A DNA stretch of 64,000 nucleotides from Bacteroidia bacterium (GTDB lineage Bacteria; Bacteroidota; Bacteroidia; M30B66), in NCBI GenBank assembly GCA_965279035.1, contig OZ257142.1, positions 1,568,001-1,632,000 of the forward strand, read 5' to 3'. Of this stretch, positions 30,620 to 41,400 are shown in pieces. Position 1 is the first letter of the stretch; every line of letters starts with the position of its first letter. A program made the translations under genes and the position numbers. The notes beneath the pieces are model-generated. The model did not search any database. It worked only from the letters and a program-made list of their open reading frames with translations, and was not told the DNA's origin.

Positions 30620-32920
30620 TTAGAATTTCAAATTAGCTCCAATGCTTGGTAAAATAGGTAGCTGATTAATTCGTTGAAATTTCACTCGGTCGAAATAGAA
30701 AATATTATCACGATTGTATGTATTCGTTACACCTGCCGAAAGTTCCAAAGTGGTATTTTCTCCTAAAACAATGGAGTGTTTTAAATTCACATCCAAACGG
30801 TGGTAAGCAGGTAGTCGTCCTTGATTAAGCGCTCCAAAGGTTGACCCCAAAGTTCCGTTTGTTGTAGTGTAATTTCCGTTGATATTGTTGGTTAAATTGA
30901 TATTCTCGTAAAAGCCTTGTGTTTGAGTGAATGGAAATCCTGATCCATAATTCCAACGTGCACTAAAGCTCCAATTGAGCCCTTTTCCAAATTCGTATGA
31001 AGCCAATAGATTAATGTTGTGGCGACGATCCCAAACTGGACTGTAATTGATTAATTCATCTTCACGAGTTACTTTCATCAATGAATAAACTGCCCAGATG
31101 TAAAAACGTTTGTAATCGTATTTCAAGGTCATATCAACCCCTTTGGAAGCTCCTTTTTCGAGGATGAAATCTTTCTTTTGAACATCCGGTTTATCTTCGT
31201 TTTCAGTATTGTCGTCGTACAATTTGTTACGATTGATATTCGTCAACTGATTGAAGTTGAAATAATACGCTTCCACATTCCATTTGATGTGCTTTGTTAA
31301 GTTGCTTTCGAAACCGAAAATGATATGTTGTGCTTTTTGAAGTTTACTCGTGCGTTCAACTCCTTTAAACTTTGTTGGAGCATTATCAGGTGCTGTTAGA
31401 AATCCATAAAACAAATTCACCACATCCCGATCGGATACACCGGCAATTAAGTTTTGACTGTACAATCCACTAGCAAATTTCAATCGGAATTTATCGGTCA
31501 CATTGTATTTCAAGCCCAAGCGTGGTTCGGGTGATGCTTCTCCAAGTGAGGCATAATAATGCATCCGGAAACTTGGTTCAGCAACTAATTTCCCAATGGT
31601 AAAATGGTACTTCGCATACAATGCGAGTTCGGTGTTGTTTTCGTTCTGTTGAATTTTACGATTCACTTCGTTGTAAAATGTAAAATCGGTATTCAAACCA
31701 ATGGCTTCAACTCCCCAAAGCAAATCGTTTTTCCCAAAGAAATACTTAAAGTTGAGCGCAAGATTAAATCCGCTGATTTCGCTACTACGCGAAGGACGAC
31801 TGGCTTCGTCGAGGGTGATTTTATAATCGCTATAACTAAAAACTCCATCCATCACGAAATTTGATGTATTGGGAACGAGTACGAAATTGGCTCCTGCTCC
31901 GAACGTATTCCAATGTAAATCTTGTAAACTTTTATAACGCACACGATCCGAAAAATCGAAACCGGTGATATTCAATTTACTGCCATTGTCTCCGTTGAAC
32001 GAGAGTTTTCCATATAAATCTGTAAAGTTGAAAGGCAATCCAGCTGTATCAACGTAAGGATAAAACACTTTGGAACTTTGCTTTAAATAGGAAGAACGAC
32101 CGCTGAGAATAAAGGAAGATGAACTTGCTTTTCCATCTTTCTGTCGACTTAATGGACCTTCAAGTTGAATCTTCGAAACAAAAGGACTAGCAGAAACTTT
32201 TCCTCCAAAACGTTTTTTATCTCCGTCTTTGGTAGTGATTTTCATGATTGATGAAACACGTCCACCATTTTCGGCACTAAATCCACCTGTATAAACATCC
32301 GCATTACGAATTACATCGGTATCAAATACAGAGAACAATCCAATAGAGTGAAATGGATTGTAGATGATCATCCCATCCAAAAGCACTTTATTTTGAATTG
32401 GTGAACCTCCACGTATATAAAGCTGTCCACCTTGATCTCCTGTAAATGTAACGCCTGGCAATACTTGCAGATATTGAGCAATATCGGGTTCAGCTCCAAT
32501 GGTTGGAAGCTTATTCATTTCTTTAGGTGTAATGGTTGATAATCCAACACCGATACGGTTTTGCTCCTCTTCTTTGTCGCCTTTCACTTCGAATTCTTTG
32601 ATGTCGACCGTTTTCGATTGAACATAAAGGTTCTGAGTGAGAATTTGTCCCGGTTTTAATGTAATGGCAACGGTTGTTTTAATGTAACCGATGGAAGAAA
32701 ATGCCAGCGTATAACTTCCAGCGGGAACTTTTGAAATGGTATAGAATCCGTTCACATCGGTTTGTGCCGCGTACTTCGTCCCTTCGAGATACACATTGGT
32801 GAAAATAACCGGTTCCCCATTTTTCTTGTTGTAAACAACACCCCGTATGGTTGCGTTCTGGGCAAGTAACAAAGTCCCGACAATACTGAAAAAGAAGGCA
32901 AGAAAGTAACGATTCAACAT
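30620..32920 (-). CDS. TonB-dependent receptor with N-terminal carboxypeptidase-regulatory-like domain
   Basis: TDVNGFY, LQVLPGV, YIRGGS.IQN.VLLDG plug, C-terminal Phe; start reassigned to MLNRY. Confidence 0.92.
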   Translation of the reverse strand: MLNRYFLAFFFSIVGTLLLAQNATIRGVVYNKKNGEPVIFTNVYLEGTKYAAQTDVNGFYTISKVPAGSYTLAFSSIGYIKTTVAITLKPGQILTQNLYVQSKTVDIKEFEVKGDKEEEQNRIGVGLSTITPKEMNKLPTIGAEPDIAQYLQVLPGVTFTGDQGGQLYIRGGSPIQNKVLLDGMIIYNPFHSIGLFSVFDTDVIRNADVYTGGFSAENGGRVSSIMKITTKDGDKKRFGGKVSASPFVSKIQLEGPLSRQKDGKASSSSFILSGRSSYLKQSSKVFYPYVDTAGLPFNFTDLYGKLSFNGDNGSKLNITGFDFSDRVRYKSLQDLHWNTFGAGANFVLVPNTSNFVMDGVFSYSDYKITLDEASRPSRSSEISGFNLALNFKYFFGKNDLLWGVEAIGLNTDFTFYNEVNRKIQQNENNTELALYAKYHFTIGKLVAEPSFRMHYYASLGEASPEPRLGLKYNVTDKFRLKFASGLYSQNLIAGVSDRDVVNLFYGFLTAPDNAPTKFKGVERTSKLQKAQHIIFGFESNLTKHIKWNVEAYYFNFNQLTNINRNKLYDDNTENEDKPDVQKKDFILEKGASKGVDMTLKYDYKRFYIWAVYSLMKVTREDELINYSPVWDRRHNINLLASYEFGKGLNWSFSARWNYGSGFPFTQTQGFYENINLTNNINGNYTTTNGTLGSTFGALNQGRLPAYHRLDVNLKHSIVLGENTTLELSAGVTNTYNRDNIFYFDRVKFQRINQLPILPSIGANLKF

Positions 32921-32944
32921 AAGTGTATTCTGGTGATGGGCGGC

Positions 32945-32952
32945 CAAAGATA
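32945..32952 (-). promoter_or_regulatory. Bacteroidota -7 promoter element
   Basis: TATCTTTG upstream of ATG 32920. Confidence 0.6.
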
Positions 32953-33217
32953 GAACGATTCTTCGCATCCCAACAGAAACACATATGAGCTTTTATCGGA
33001 AGATTTTAAAGAGCCTTTAGGATTTTAGTAAAACGTGACATCAAAATGATTTTATTGGAATTGAACTATTTTTCTAAATTCGTGATGACTTTTAATTAAG
33101 ATCTAGTAGAAGATAATCACTTTTATCTAGCAATTTTAATTTTTACAAATGTGGATTATGATTTAAAATTGGTAAATTAATCCAATTGGTATAACTGATC
33201 AATCAACAATTCGTTTT

Positions 33218-33853
33218 ATGAATAAAGTAATTCTATTGGGTATTTTATTGATTTCTTTAAATACCTCTTATGCTCAAACACATGAAAAGAAAAATAACCT
33301 TTCGATTGGCGGTGGACAAGGAGCTTATAATGGCGACTTAGGTAACGCTTGGTTTGTGTCGGATGAAGAATGGTATGGATTCGTTGCCCTTCATTACAAT
33401 CGTTTTATCAATCAATCATTTGATATGACAAGTTCAATTACTTTTGGAGATTTGGGACATTGCAGAGAAGAAGATGAAAGTCAATTTAGGTCCGATGGTT
33501 CAGAGGTATTGAATATGCTTTCACGTTTAACTTCTGTTGTTTTTTCTCTGAAATACAAATTCGCCAATGGATATATACTCAAAGAAAACGCTAGACTTTC
33601 ACCTTATGTTTATTTGGGTGCTGGGGTAAATAATATTTCAGAATACTGGTGGAGTAATAAGAATCGAGCTATTGTAGGAAATTATGGTTCTTTTAATGGT
33701 GGATTGGGAATCCGATATAATTTCTTAGAAAAATATAACTTCACTTACAACATGGGAATTGGTTATTTCACCTCCGATAAGATAGATAATCGTGTTGAAG
33801 GACGAAACGACATGTTTATGCAACAAACCATCATGTTAGGAATGAATTTCTAG
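33218..33853 (+). CDS. Outer-membrane beta-barrel protein
   Basis: Signal peptide, YNGDLG, SPYVYLGAG, terminal GMNF. Confidence 0.75.
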   Translation: MNKVILLGILLISLNTSYAQTHEKKNNLSIGGGQGAYNGDLGNAWFVSDEEWYGFVALHYNRFINQSFDMTSSITFGDLGHCREEDESQFRSDGSEVLNMLSRLTSVVFSLKYKFANGYILKENARLSPYVYLGAGVNNISEYWWSNKNRAIVGNYGSFNGGLGIRYNFLEKYNFTYNMGIGYFTSDKIDNRVEGRNDMFMQQTIMLGMNF

Positions 33854-33897
33854 CCTTTAGTTTAGGCTTCATCAATCCTGTTTAAAATTAATTGATG

Positions 33898-34350
33898 CTA
33901 GCTTGCTCCATAAACCGGCATTCCCTTCACCGGAAAGATTTTCCCTTTCTTTAAATCGATCTGTGCTGCTAGCAAACGCATTCCATTGGTAACCACCAAA
34001 TACGGAACTTTCATACTCAAATTGTAACGCGCTGCTTGATCAAAAACTGCTTGATTGATTTCTACTTCAGCTGCTTTGCATTCAACCAACATCCAAGGCA
34101 ACATATTACTATCGTACACAACAATATCAGCTCGCTTGTATAAGCCATTCACACGTAAGGCAAGTTCAACTGCTATCTTGTTTTTAGGATACCCTAATTC
34201 AATTTGTAAGTAAGACAATACATGTTGACGAACCCATTCTTCGGGTGTTAAGGCGACGAATTTGTTTCGAAAAGCGTCAAAAATTTGCGTTCTTTGTCCG
34301 TCTACCTCCCGCGTGACTGGCGAGATAGGTGGTAAGTGAAGTACCTGCAA
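33898..34350 (-). CDS. Stand-alone HsdR N-terminal domain protein (HSDR_N_2)
   Basis: TPEEWVRQ, RADIVV, VECKA, TNG; start likely TTG ~34350 (track gives 34380). Confidence 0.88.
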   Translation of the reverse strand: MQVLHLPPISPVTREVDGQRTQIFDAFRNKFVALTPEEWVRQHVLSYLQIELGYPKNKIAVELALRVNGLYKRADIVVYDSNMLPWMLVECKAAEVEINQAVFDQAARYNLSMKVPYLVVTNGMRLLAAQIDLKKGKIFPVKGMPVYGAS

Positions 34351-34369
34351 ACCCGAATGATTCAGACTC

Positions 34370-35143
34370 ATGAAAAGCAAAGAAGAGATCGTTAATAACT
34401 GGCTGCCGCGCTATACCGGTATGCAGCTCGAAGACTTTGGCAAATATATCCTGCTCACCAACTTTTCCAACTATGTGGAGAAATTCGCTTCCATCACTGG
34501 AGCAAAAGTGGTTGGACTTGATCGACCAATGCCTTGTGCAACCGCTAATGGAATTACCATCATCAACTTCAGTATGGGAAGTCCCAATGCAGCAATCATC
34601 ATGGATTTACTTTCAGCCATCAAACCCAAAGCCTGTTTGTTCTTAGGTAAATGTGGTGGCCTGAAAAAGAAAAATAAAGTGGGCGATTTGATTCTTCCCA
34701 TTGCAGCCATTCGTGGAGAAGGAACATCTAACGATTATTTTCCTCCCGAAGTCCCAGCTTTACCTGCTTTCAACCTTCAAAAAGCGGTATCAACAACCAT
34801 TCGAAATCATAAAAAGGATTATTGGACTGGGACAGTTTTTACAACCAATCGTCGGGTTTGGGAGCATGATAATGAATTCAAAAAATACCTTCAGAAAATT
34901 CGGGCAATGGCCATTGATATGGAAACAGCAACCATATTCTCTGTCGGATTTTACAATAAAATTCCAACAGGAGCTTTGTTATTGGTGAGTGATCAACCCA
35001 TGGTGGCAGGCGGCGTGAAAACCGAAAAAAGCGATACCGTTGTTACAACCAATTTTGTCGATTCGCACATTCAAATTGGAATTGATTCCTTGAACGAATT
35101 GATCAATAACGGAAATACTGTTAAACATCTTCGATTCGAGTAA
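34370..35143 (+). CDS. amn: AMP nucleosidase (Bacteroidota short type)
   Basis: NWLPRYTG, LLTNF, FLGKCGGL, IRGEGTS, DMETAT. Confidence 0.92.
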   Translation: MKSKEEIVNNWLPRYTGMQLEDFGKYILLTNFSNYVEKFASITGAKVVGLDRPMPCATANGITIINFSMGSPNAAIIMDLLSAIKPKACLFLGKCGGLKKKNKVGDLILPIAAIRGEGTSNDYFPPEVPALPAFNLQKAVSTTIRNHKKDYWTGTVFTTNRRVWEHDNEFKKYLQKIRAMAIDMETATIFSVGFYNKIPTGALLLVSDQPMVAGGVKTEKSDTVVTTNFVDSHIQIGIDSLNELINNGNTVKHLRFE

Positions 35144-35145
35144 GT

Positions 35146-36165
35146 ATGGCTAAAACGAGTTCTTCGGTTTCGGTTGAATCTGTTTTTAAAGACTTGCAGT
35201 CGCGCAATTATTCTCCAATTTACTTGCTGTGTGGCGAAGAGTCGTATTACATTGATCAGCTTTCGAACTACATCGAAAACAATGTGCTTACGGAGGATGA
35301 ACGCGAGTTTAACCAAACGATATTGTATGGTTTGGATGTGAATTCGGATGATGTGATGGCAACGGCTAAGCGCTTTCCAATGATGAGCGAATATCAAGTC
35401 GTTATTGTGAAGGAAGCTCAACAATTGAAAGAAATTGATAAACTCGTTCCTTACATAAAAAATCCTCAGTCGAGTACGATTTTGGTTTTATGTTTTAAAG
35501 GAAAAGAACCGGATAAGCGTAAGGAATTTTATAAGATGTTGCTGAAATACGATGCGGTTTATTTTGTTTCTGAACGCTTGAAACAGGAGAAAATGCCGGA
35601 ATGGATTTCAAAATATTTCACACGAAAAGGATATCGAATTACACCCAATGCGGCTATTTTATTGGCAGAATTCGTTGGAAATGAATTGGAAAAAGTAACA
35701 AACGAAGCGGAGAAAATTTTCCTTAACACACCTATTGGTTCCGAAATCAACGAAAAAATAATTGAAAGTCAAGTTGGGATTTCACGAGAGTTTAATGTGT
35801 TTGAATTTCAAAAAGCATTGGGTACGCGCAATGTATTTAAGGCCAACCAAATTGCATTGAATTTAGCAGGACAAAAAGCTACGCCCATGCCAATGGTGAT
35901 GGGAAGTTTATACAGCTATTTCAGCAAGTTGCTGCTATTTCAATGGCTCAAAAGTAAGGGCGAAAAGAATATGGCTTCAGCGATGGGTGTTCCACCATTT
36001 TTTTTGAAAGACTATGAACAAGCAGCGCGCTATTATTCACCTGCAAAGCTGCTTCGAATTATGAGTCATTTGCGTAATTATGACCTCAAAAGCAAAGGAT
36101 ATACGAACGAAAGTGCTAACGAAACTGAATTATTAAAAGAACTCACCTTTAAGATTGTACACTAA
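35146..36165 (+). CDS. holA: DNA polymerase III delta subunit
   Basis: PIYLLCGEESYYID, FNQTILYG, AKRFPMM, GISREFNVFE. Confidence 0.93.
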   Translation: MAKTSSSVSVESVFKDLQSRNYSPIYLLCGEESYYIDQLSNYIENNVLTEDEREFNQTILYGLDVNSDDVMATAKRFPMMSEYQVVIVKEAQQLKEIDKLVPYIKNPQSSTILVLCFKGKEPDKRKEFYKMLLKYDAVYFVSERLKQEKMPEWISKYFTRKGYRITPNAAILLAEFVGNELEKVTNEAEKIFLNTPIGSEINEKIIESQVGISREFNVFEFQKALGTRNVFKANQIALNLAGQKATPMPMVMGSLYSYFSKLLLFQWLKSKGEKNMASAMGVPPFFLKDYEQAARYYSPAKLLRIMSHLRNYDLKSKGYTNESANETELLKELTFKIVH

Positions 36166-36569
36166 TGAATTATTGGCTAGTAAAATCGGAACCGATTAAA
36201 TACGCATGGTCTAAATTTGTGAAAGACAAGAAAACCGTTTGGGATGGCGTGCGGAATTATCAAGCACGAAATAATCTTCAAGCCATGAAATTGGGCGATT
36301 TGGTTTTGTTTTACCATAGCAACGAAGGGATGAATGTGGTGGGCATTGCTAAGGTGGTTAAAGAAGCGTATAACGATCCTACAACTGATGATAAACGTTG
36401 GTTTGTAGTAGAATTGGCTCCTGTTGAAGCATTGAAAAAACCTGTTAGCCTCGAGCAAATGAAAACCGATGAGAAACTAGCTAACATTGGACTAATTCGT
36501 CAGTCGCGTTTGAGTGTGATGCCATTAACCAACATCGAATTCGATCGCATTTTGGAGTTAGGTAGCTGA
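36165..36569 (+). CDS. EVE domain protein
   Basis: YWLVKSEP, WDGVRNYQARN, FYHS, RLSVMP. Confidence 0.93.
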   Translation: MNYWLVKSEPIKYAWSKFVKDKKTVWDGVRNYQARNNLQAMKLGDLVLFYHSNEGMNVVGIAKVVKEAYNDPTTDDKRWFVVELAPVEALKKPVSLEQMKTDEKLANIGLIRQSRLSVMPLTNIEFDRILELGS

Positions 36570-36592
36570 AGATTCAATGTGGTTTAAGGAAT

Positions 36593-38422
36593 TTACATCC
36601 GAACTCCAATAACTAAAATATCATCTACTTGACCAATTCCATCTATCCAGTTTTCTAAAAAATGCTGAAGGAAATTTCCTTGATTAGGCATTGTTTTATT
36701 TTGTGATTCAATGAGTAATGATTTAAAAACGCGGGTACTAAGTTTTTTTTCAAAATCACCTCCAAATGTATCTGCGAATCCATCAGTGAAAAGATAAAAC
36801 GTATCTCCATTCATTAATTGAATTTCATGCGTTTCGAAATCTTGATCATTCTCTGTTGGTCCACCAATGGATTTTTTTGTGCCTTTAATTTCTACCAATT
36901 CTGATGATTCATTTCGGATAATCCAAAATGGTCGATTAGCTCCCGTAAAGTGTAACATTCGAGTTGATTTATCAATTCTACACAAAGCGATATCCATTCC
37001 ATCTCGAGTAGATTCAAAGCTCTCAGATTGCCTCAGAGACTTTTTCATTTCAGTATTTACCAGTTTTAAAATAGTAGAAGGCTCTTCGCTAATGATAACG
37101 GCTGCATTTAGTTTTTCTAATGCAATCATACTCATTAAAGCTCCAGGAACACCGTGACCTGTGCAATCTGCAGCAGCTAAAAACAAATAATTCTTGCTTT
37201 CGTGATAAAAATAAAAGTCACCACTTACAATATCTTTAGGTTTGAATAAAATAAAACTGGAAGGAAAAGATTTAAAAATATCAGATTTTCTTGGCAGTTT
37301 TGCTTGTTGAATGCGTTTCGCATAGGTGATGCTATCTAAAATGTCTTTGTTTTTTTCTTTGATCAAAAACAGTGTTTTTGCAGCTTCTTCTTTTTTTATG
37401 TTGGCAATTATTAATTCATCTGCACGCTTTCCTTTTTCTGATTTTTGAAATTTTAATTCCTGATCAGCGATATACAATTCTGCTGCTCGTTTTTCTTTTT
37501 CAACATTTTCATATAAGAGCTTCTCCATCATAATAATCAACTCGGCAGCCCGTTTTTCTTTTTCGCTGTTTTGGAAGAGTAATTCTTCGTTAGCAACGAT
37601 CAACTCAGCAGCCCGTTTTTCTTTTTCGCTGTTTTGGAAGAGTAATTCTTCGTTAGCAACGATCAACTCGGCAGCCCGTTTTTCTTTTTCGCTGTTTTGG
37701 AAAAGTAATTCTTCGTTAGCAACGATCAACTCGGCAGCCCGTTTTTCTTTTTCGCTGTTTTGGAAAAGTAATTCTTCATTCGCAACGACTAACTCCCCAG
37801 CTTTTCTTTCTTTTTCTTTATTCTGATAATGTAATTCATTGATAGCAATGAGTAATTCTGCAGCACGCTTTTCTTTTTCCTCATTTTGAAAACGTAATTC
37901 ATTATTGGCAAGTATGAGTTCGGCTGCTCTTTTTTCTTTCTCTTTATTTTGAAATTCAAGCTCTTTATTCGCATTTGTTTTTTCAAGAACAAGCTTATTT
38001 AACTGAGTTCTTTGAACTAAAAGTTCATTCGTTTTCAAATATAAATCGACAAAAATGGCAACTTTCGCTCGAAGTATTTCTGGCGTAAGTGGTTTAATCA
38101 TATAATCTACTGCGCCAATTTCATATCCTTTAAAAAGGTGTTCCGTATCCATGTTTGCAGTTAAAAAGATAACTGGCACTTGTTGCATTGATTCTCGTTT
38201 TCTTATTAATTGTACTGTCTCAAAACCATCCAAATCGGGCATTTGAACATCCATTAGAATCAATGAGAAATCCTCTTGAGAATCAATGATTTCAATTGCT
38301 TCAGCTCCCGAATTGGCTTTAATACACTGATAGTTTTCATTATCCAATATGATTTGTAATGAGAACAAATTCTCAGAACGATCATCTACCATTAAAATTT
38401 TAACTGATTTTATTTCATCCAT
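36593..38422 (-). CDS. Response regulator: REC + 21-aa coiled-coil repeats + SpoIIE/PP2C phosphatase
   Basis: VDDR, LMDVQMP, KP; 9 repeats; SI.YAKRIQ, VSGDFY, ADCTGHGVPGA, DGMD, TDGFAD, QVDDIL. Confidence 0.92.
   Translation of the reverse strand: MDEIKSVKILMVDDRSENLFSLQIILDNENYQCIKANSGAEAIEIIDSQEDFSLILMDVQMPDLDGFETVQLIRKRESMQQVPVIFLTANMDTEHLFKGYEIGAVDYMIKPLTPEILRAKVAIFVDLYLKTNELLVQRTQLNKLVLEKTNANKELEFQNKEKEKRAAELILANNELRFQNEEKEKRAAELLIAINELHYQNKEKERKAGELVVANEELLFQNSEKEKRAAELIVANEELLFQNSEKEKRAAELIVANEELLFQNSEKEKRAAELIVANEELLFQNSEKEKRAAELIIMMEKLLYENVEKEKRAAELYIADQELKFQKSEKGKRADELIIANIKKEEAAKTLFLIKEKNKDILDSITYAKRIQQAKLPRKSDIFKSFPSSFILFKPKDIVSGDFYFYHESKNYLFLAAADCTGHGVPGALMSMIALEKLNAAVIISEEPSTILKLVNTEMKKSLRQSESFESTRDGMDIALCRIDKSTRMLHFTGANRPFWIIRNESSELVEIKGTKKSIGGPTENDQDFETHEIQLMNGDTFYLFTDGFADTFGGDFEKKLSTRVFKSLLIESQNKTMPNQGNFLQHFLENWIDGIGQVDDILVIGVRM
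37536..37787. repeat. Four near-identical 63-bp tandem units, with degenerate flanking units to ~37410-37980
   Basis: Units start at 37536, 37599, 37662, 37725; encode ELIVANEELLFQNSEKEKRAA. Confidence 0.95.
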
Positions 38423-38471
38423 CCTTCAATTTTTCATTTTCAATTATTAATTAATCAAAGCGCAAAGCTTT

Positions 38472-41400
38472 TTATTTACTAAGCCAAACGCGCATTAATG
38501 AAAGTAACTGTTCAATATCAATCGGTTTTGTCACATAATCATTCGCTCCCGAGTCAATGCATTTTTGCTTATCATCTTTCATTGCCTTAGCTGTTAAAGC
38601 CAACATGGGCAAATTCTTATATTTACTAGAGGATCGAATGCGTTTCATGGTTTCGAAACCATCCATTTCAGGCATCATGATATCCATTAATATCATGTCA
38701 ATATTCGGATGAATCTCTAATAATTCTAATGCTTCACGACCGTTTTCAGCTCGTATTACTTCCATCCCATGTTCATTCAAAACTAATTTCAAGGCAAAAA
38801 CATTTCTCATATCATCTTCAGCTAATAGAATCTTCTTACCCTCAAAAATGTGTTCTTTATTGAATACTTTTTCAATAGTATTCATTGGCAAATTGATTTT
38901 TGTTTTATGAAGAAATAAAGATGTTTCATCAAGTAATCGTTCTTCTGATTTCACACCTTTGATAATAATACTCTGTGTATATTTTTCTAATTCTTCATTT
39001 TCAGATTTATTTAATTCTCTACCAGTATAAACTATAATAGGTGGAACATTCATTCCTTCTATTTTATTTATTTGTTTTATTAGATCAATTCCGCTTATGT
39101 CAGGCAAACCAAGATCAAGTAAAATGCAATCAACATGCTGTTCTTTCAGGTGAACGATTGCTTCTTGTCCATTGGACGCTTCCAAACAATTCACTTCATC
39201 ATTTCCGATTAATATTTTCATTGCTTTTCTTGAATTCTCATTGTCTTCAACGATCAAAACAGTTTTTATTTTTCTTTTAGAATTTGCTTCTATTTGATTA
39301 AACTCTTTTTCTAATTCAAGTTTTTCTGCTGGTTTTAACAAATAGGTTATTCTTCCATCATGATGAACTTTTTTGGCCATATTGTGAGAGGAAATCTGAT
39401 GAAGTGGAATGGATTTTATATCTAAATTCTCTTTCAAATTATTTAAGAATTTTCCACTTTGATTCTCAGGTAAGTTCATATCTAAAATAATGGCTACAGG
39501 TTTAAATAAAATAGCCAATTTCAATCCTTCATCTCCGTTTAAAGCAATGTTGTATTTGAAACCTTTGTTATTTACAAGATTTTGTAAAAGAAGTGCACAT
39601 TGTTTATCTTCTACAATGATTAAAACACTTGGTAGATTTGAATTTATTTTAGATTGATTTTTATCAATTTTAAATTTAGTTATATCGACATTTTCTTCAG
39701 TATATTTAAATTCATTTGATTCAATTGAATTTTCAGGTTCAATGTTTAGCTTTATTGGAATAACAAGTGAAAATTCTGAGCCAATATTTTCTTCACTTTT
39801 AATTTCAATTTTCCCACCTAACAATTTTGCTAATTCTCTTGAAATAGATAAACCCAGACCAGTGCCACCATATTTACGCGATGTTCCGCCATCTGCTTGC
39901 TGAAAAGCTTCAAAAATAGCTTCTTGTTTATTGATTGGTATACCTATGCCAGTATCTCGAATGCCAATCGAAATGGTTGTTTCATTTATTAATTTAATGT
40001 TTATACGAATACTTCCTTTATTTGTGAATTTTATGGCATTCGAAAGTAGATTTTTAATAATCTGATTTAAACGTTGAATATCACTCCAAATGAATTCAGG
40101 AATATGTTCTCCAAATTCTGAATCAATTTCAATTCCCTTTTCATGAGCTAAATGTTTAAAGTTACGTAATGAATCGTGAATGAATTCTTTTATTTCAATT
40201 TGATCAATTACTAGAATCATTTTTCCAGCTTCAATTTTAGAAAGATCCAATACTTCATTGATTAATACAAGTAAATCATGACCACTCTTATAAACTATTT
40301 CAGCACATTCTACTTGTAAACTATCCAAATTCCCTTTTTTATTATTCGCTAATTCTTTTGATAATATCAATAAACTATTTAATGGTGTCCTCAACTCATG
40401 AGACATATTCGCTAAAAATTCCGATTTATACTTACTGCTGATTTCTAATTGTTTAGTTTTTTGTTCAATATCATAACGCGATAATTCAACTTCTTTATTT
40501 TTTAATTCGAGCGACTGAGTTTGTTGTTCCAACTCTTCATTCGTCATTTGCAATTCCTCTTGTTGTTGTTTTAAGTTATGACTTTTATCTTCTAATTCTT
40601 CATTCGTTTGTCTCAATTCCTCTTGTTGTAATTGCATTTCCTCCGTTTGAATTTGTGTTTCATGCAATAATTCTTGTATTCTTTTCCTTGATCTTGCTGA
40701 TTCAAATTGTATAGCAATACTCTTCATCGATTGTTTAATAAATTCTAATTTATCTTCAGTTATCTCATTTAACCAACCAATTTCTATTACGCCAATCGTT
40801 TTATCTTCATTAATAAATGGTGAAATTACTACCTGTTTAGGTGTAGAACTCATGATACTTGATTCTATTCTCAGTGATATTTCTTCCTTACTTTTTAAGT
40901 TGAATACTTTTTTTGAATGTGCTGCTTCACCAATTAATCCTTCATTTATGCTAATAGTACTATTTGTTTTTGTGTTGCTTGTAAAGGCATATCTACCAAG
41001 TAATTTTATTTCGGAATTTGATTCATTAACTAAATAAAGTCCTCCTATTTGAGCATTTAAATACGTACATAAAAAGTGAATTGCATTGTTTGCTAATTCT
41101 TCAATAGCTTGATCTCCAGTGAGTTTTTCATTTAAGCTAATCTGTCCTTTACTTAACCACAAGCGTTGTTCATTTATTTCTGATGAATCTCTTAGTGAAT
41201 GAGTCATTTTATTCAAAGCTATTCCCAGAACATCATTCTTCGATTTTGGTATAATATCATTTGAATAATCACCAGAACTCACCTTTTCAGCATTTTCTGT
41301 TATTTCATGAAAACTATGTATAACATTTTCAAGTGAGTTAAGAATTGGTTTTAATTCATCATTTATTGTATTTTCTGGTAATTGAGTTGAATTTCGACTT

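Noticed and set aside
33898-34380. Type I restriction-modification system
   Set aside because: Only a stand-alone HsdR N-terminal domain; no hsdM, hsdS or helicase
37536-37787. Possible CRISPR array
   Set aside because: Contiguous 63-bp units without unique spacers, in frame within a CDS; no cas genes
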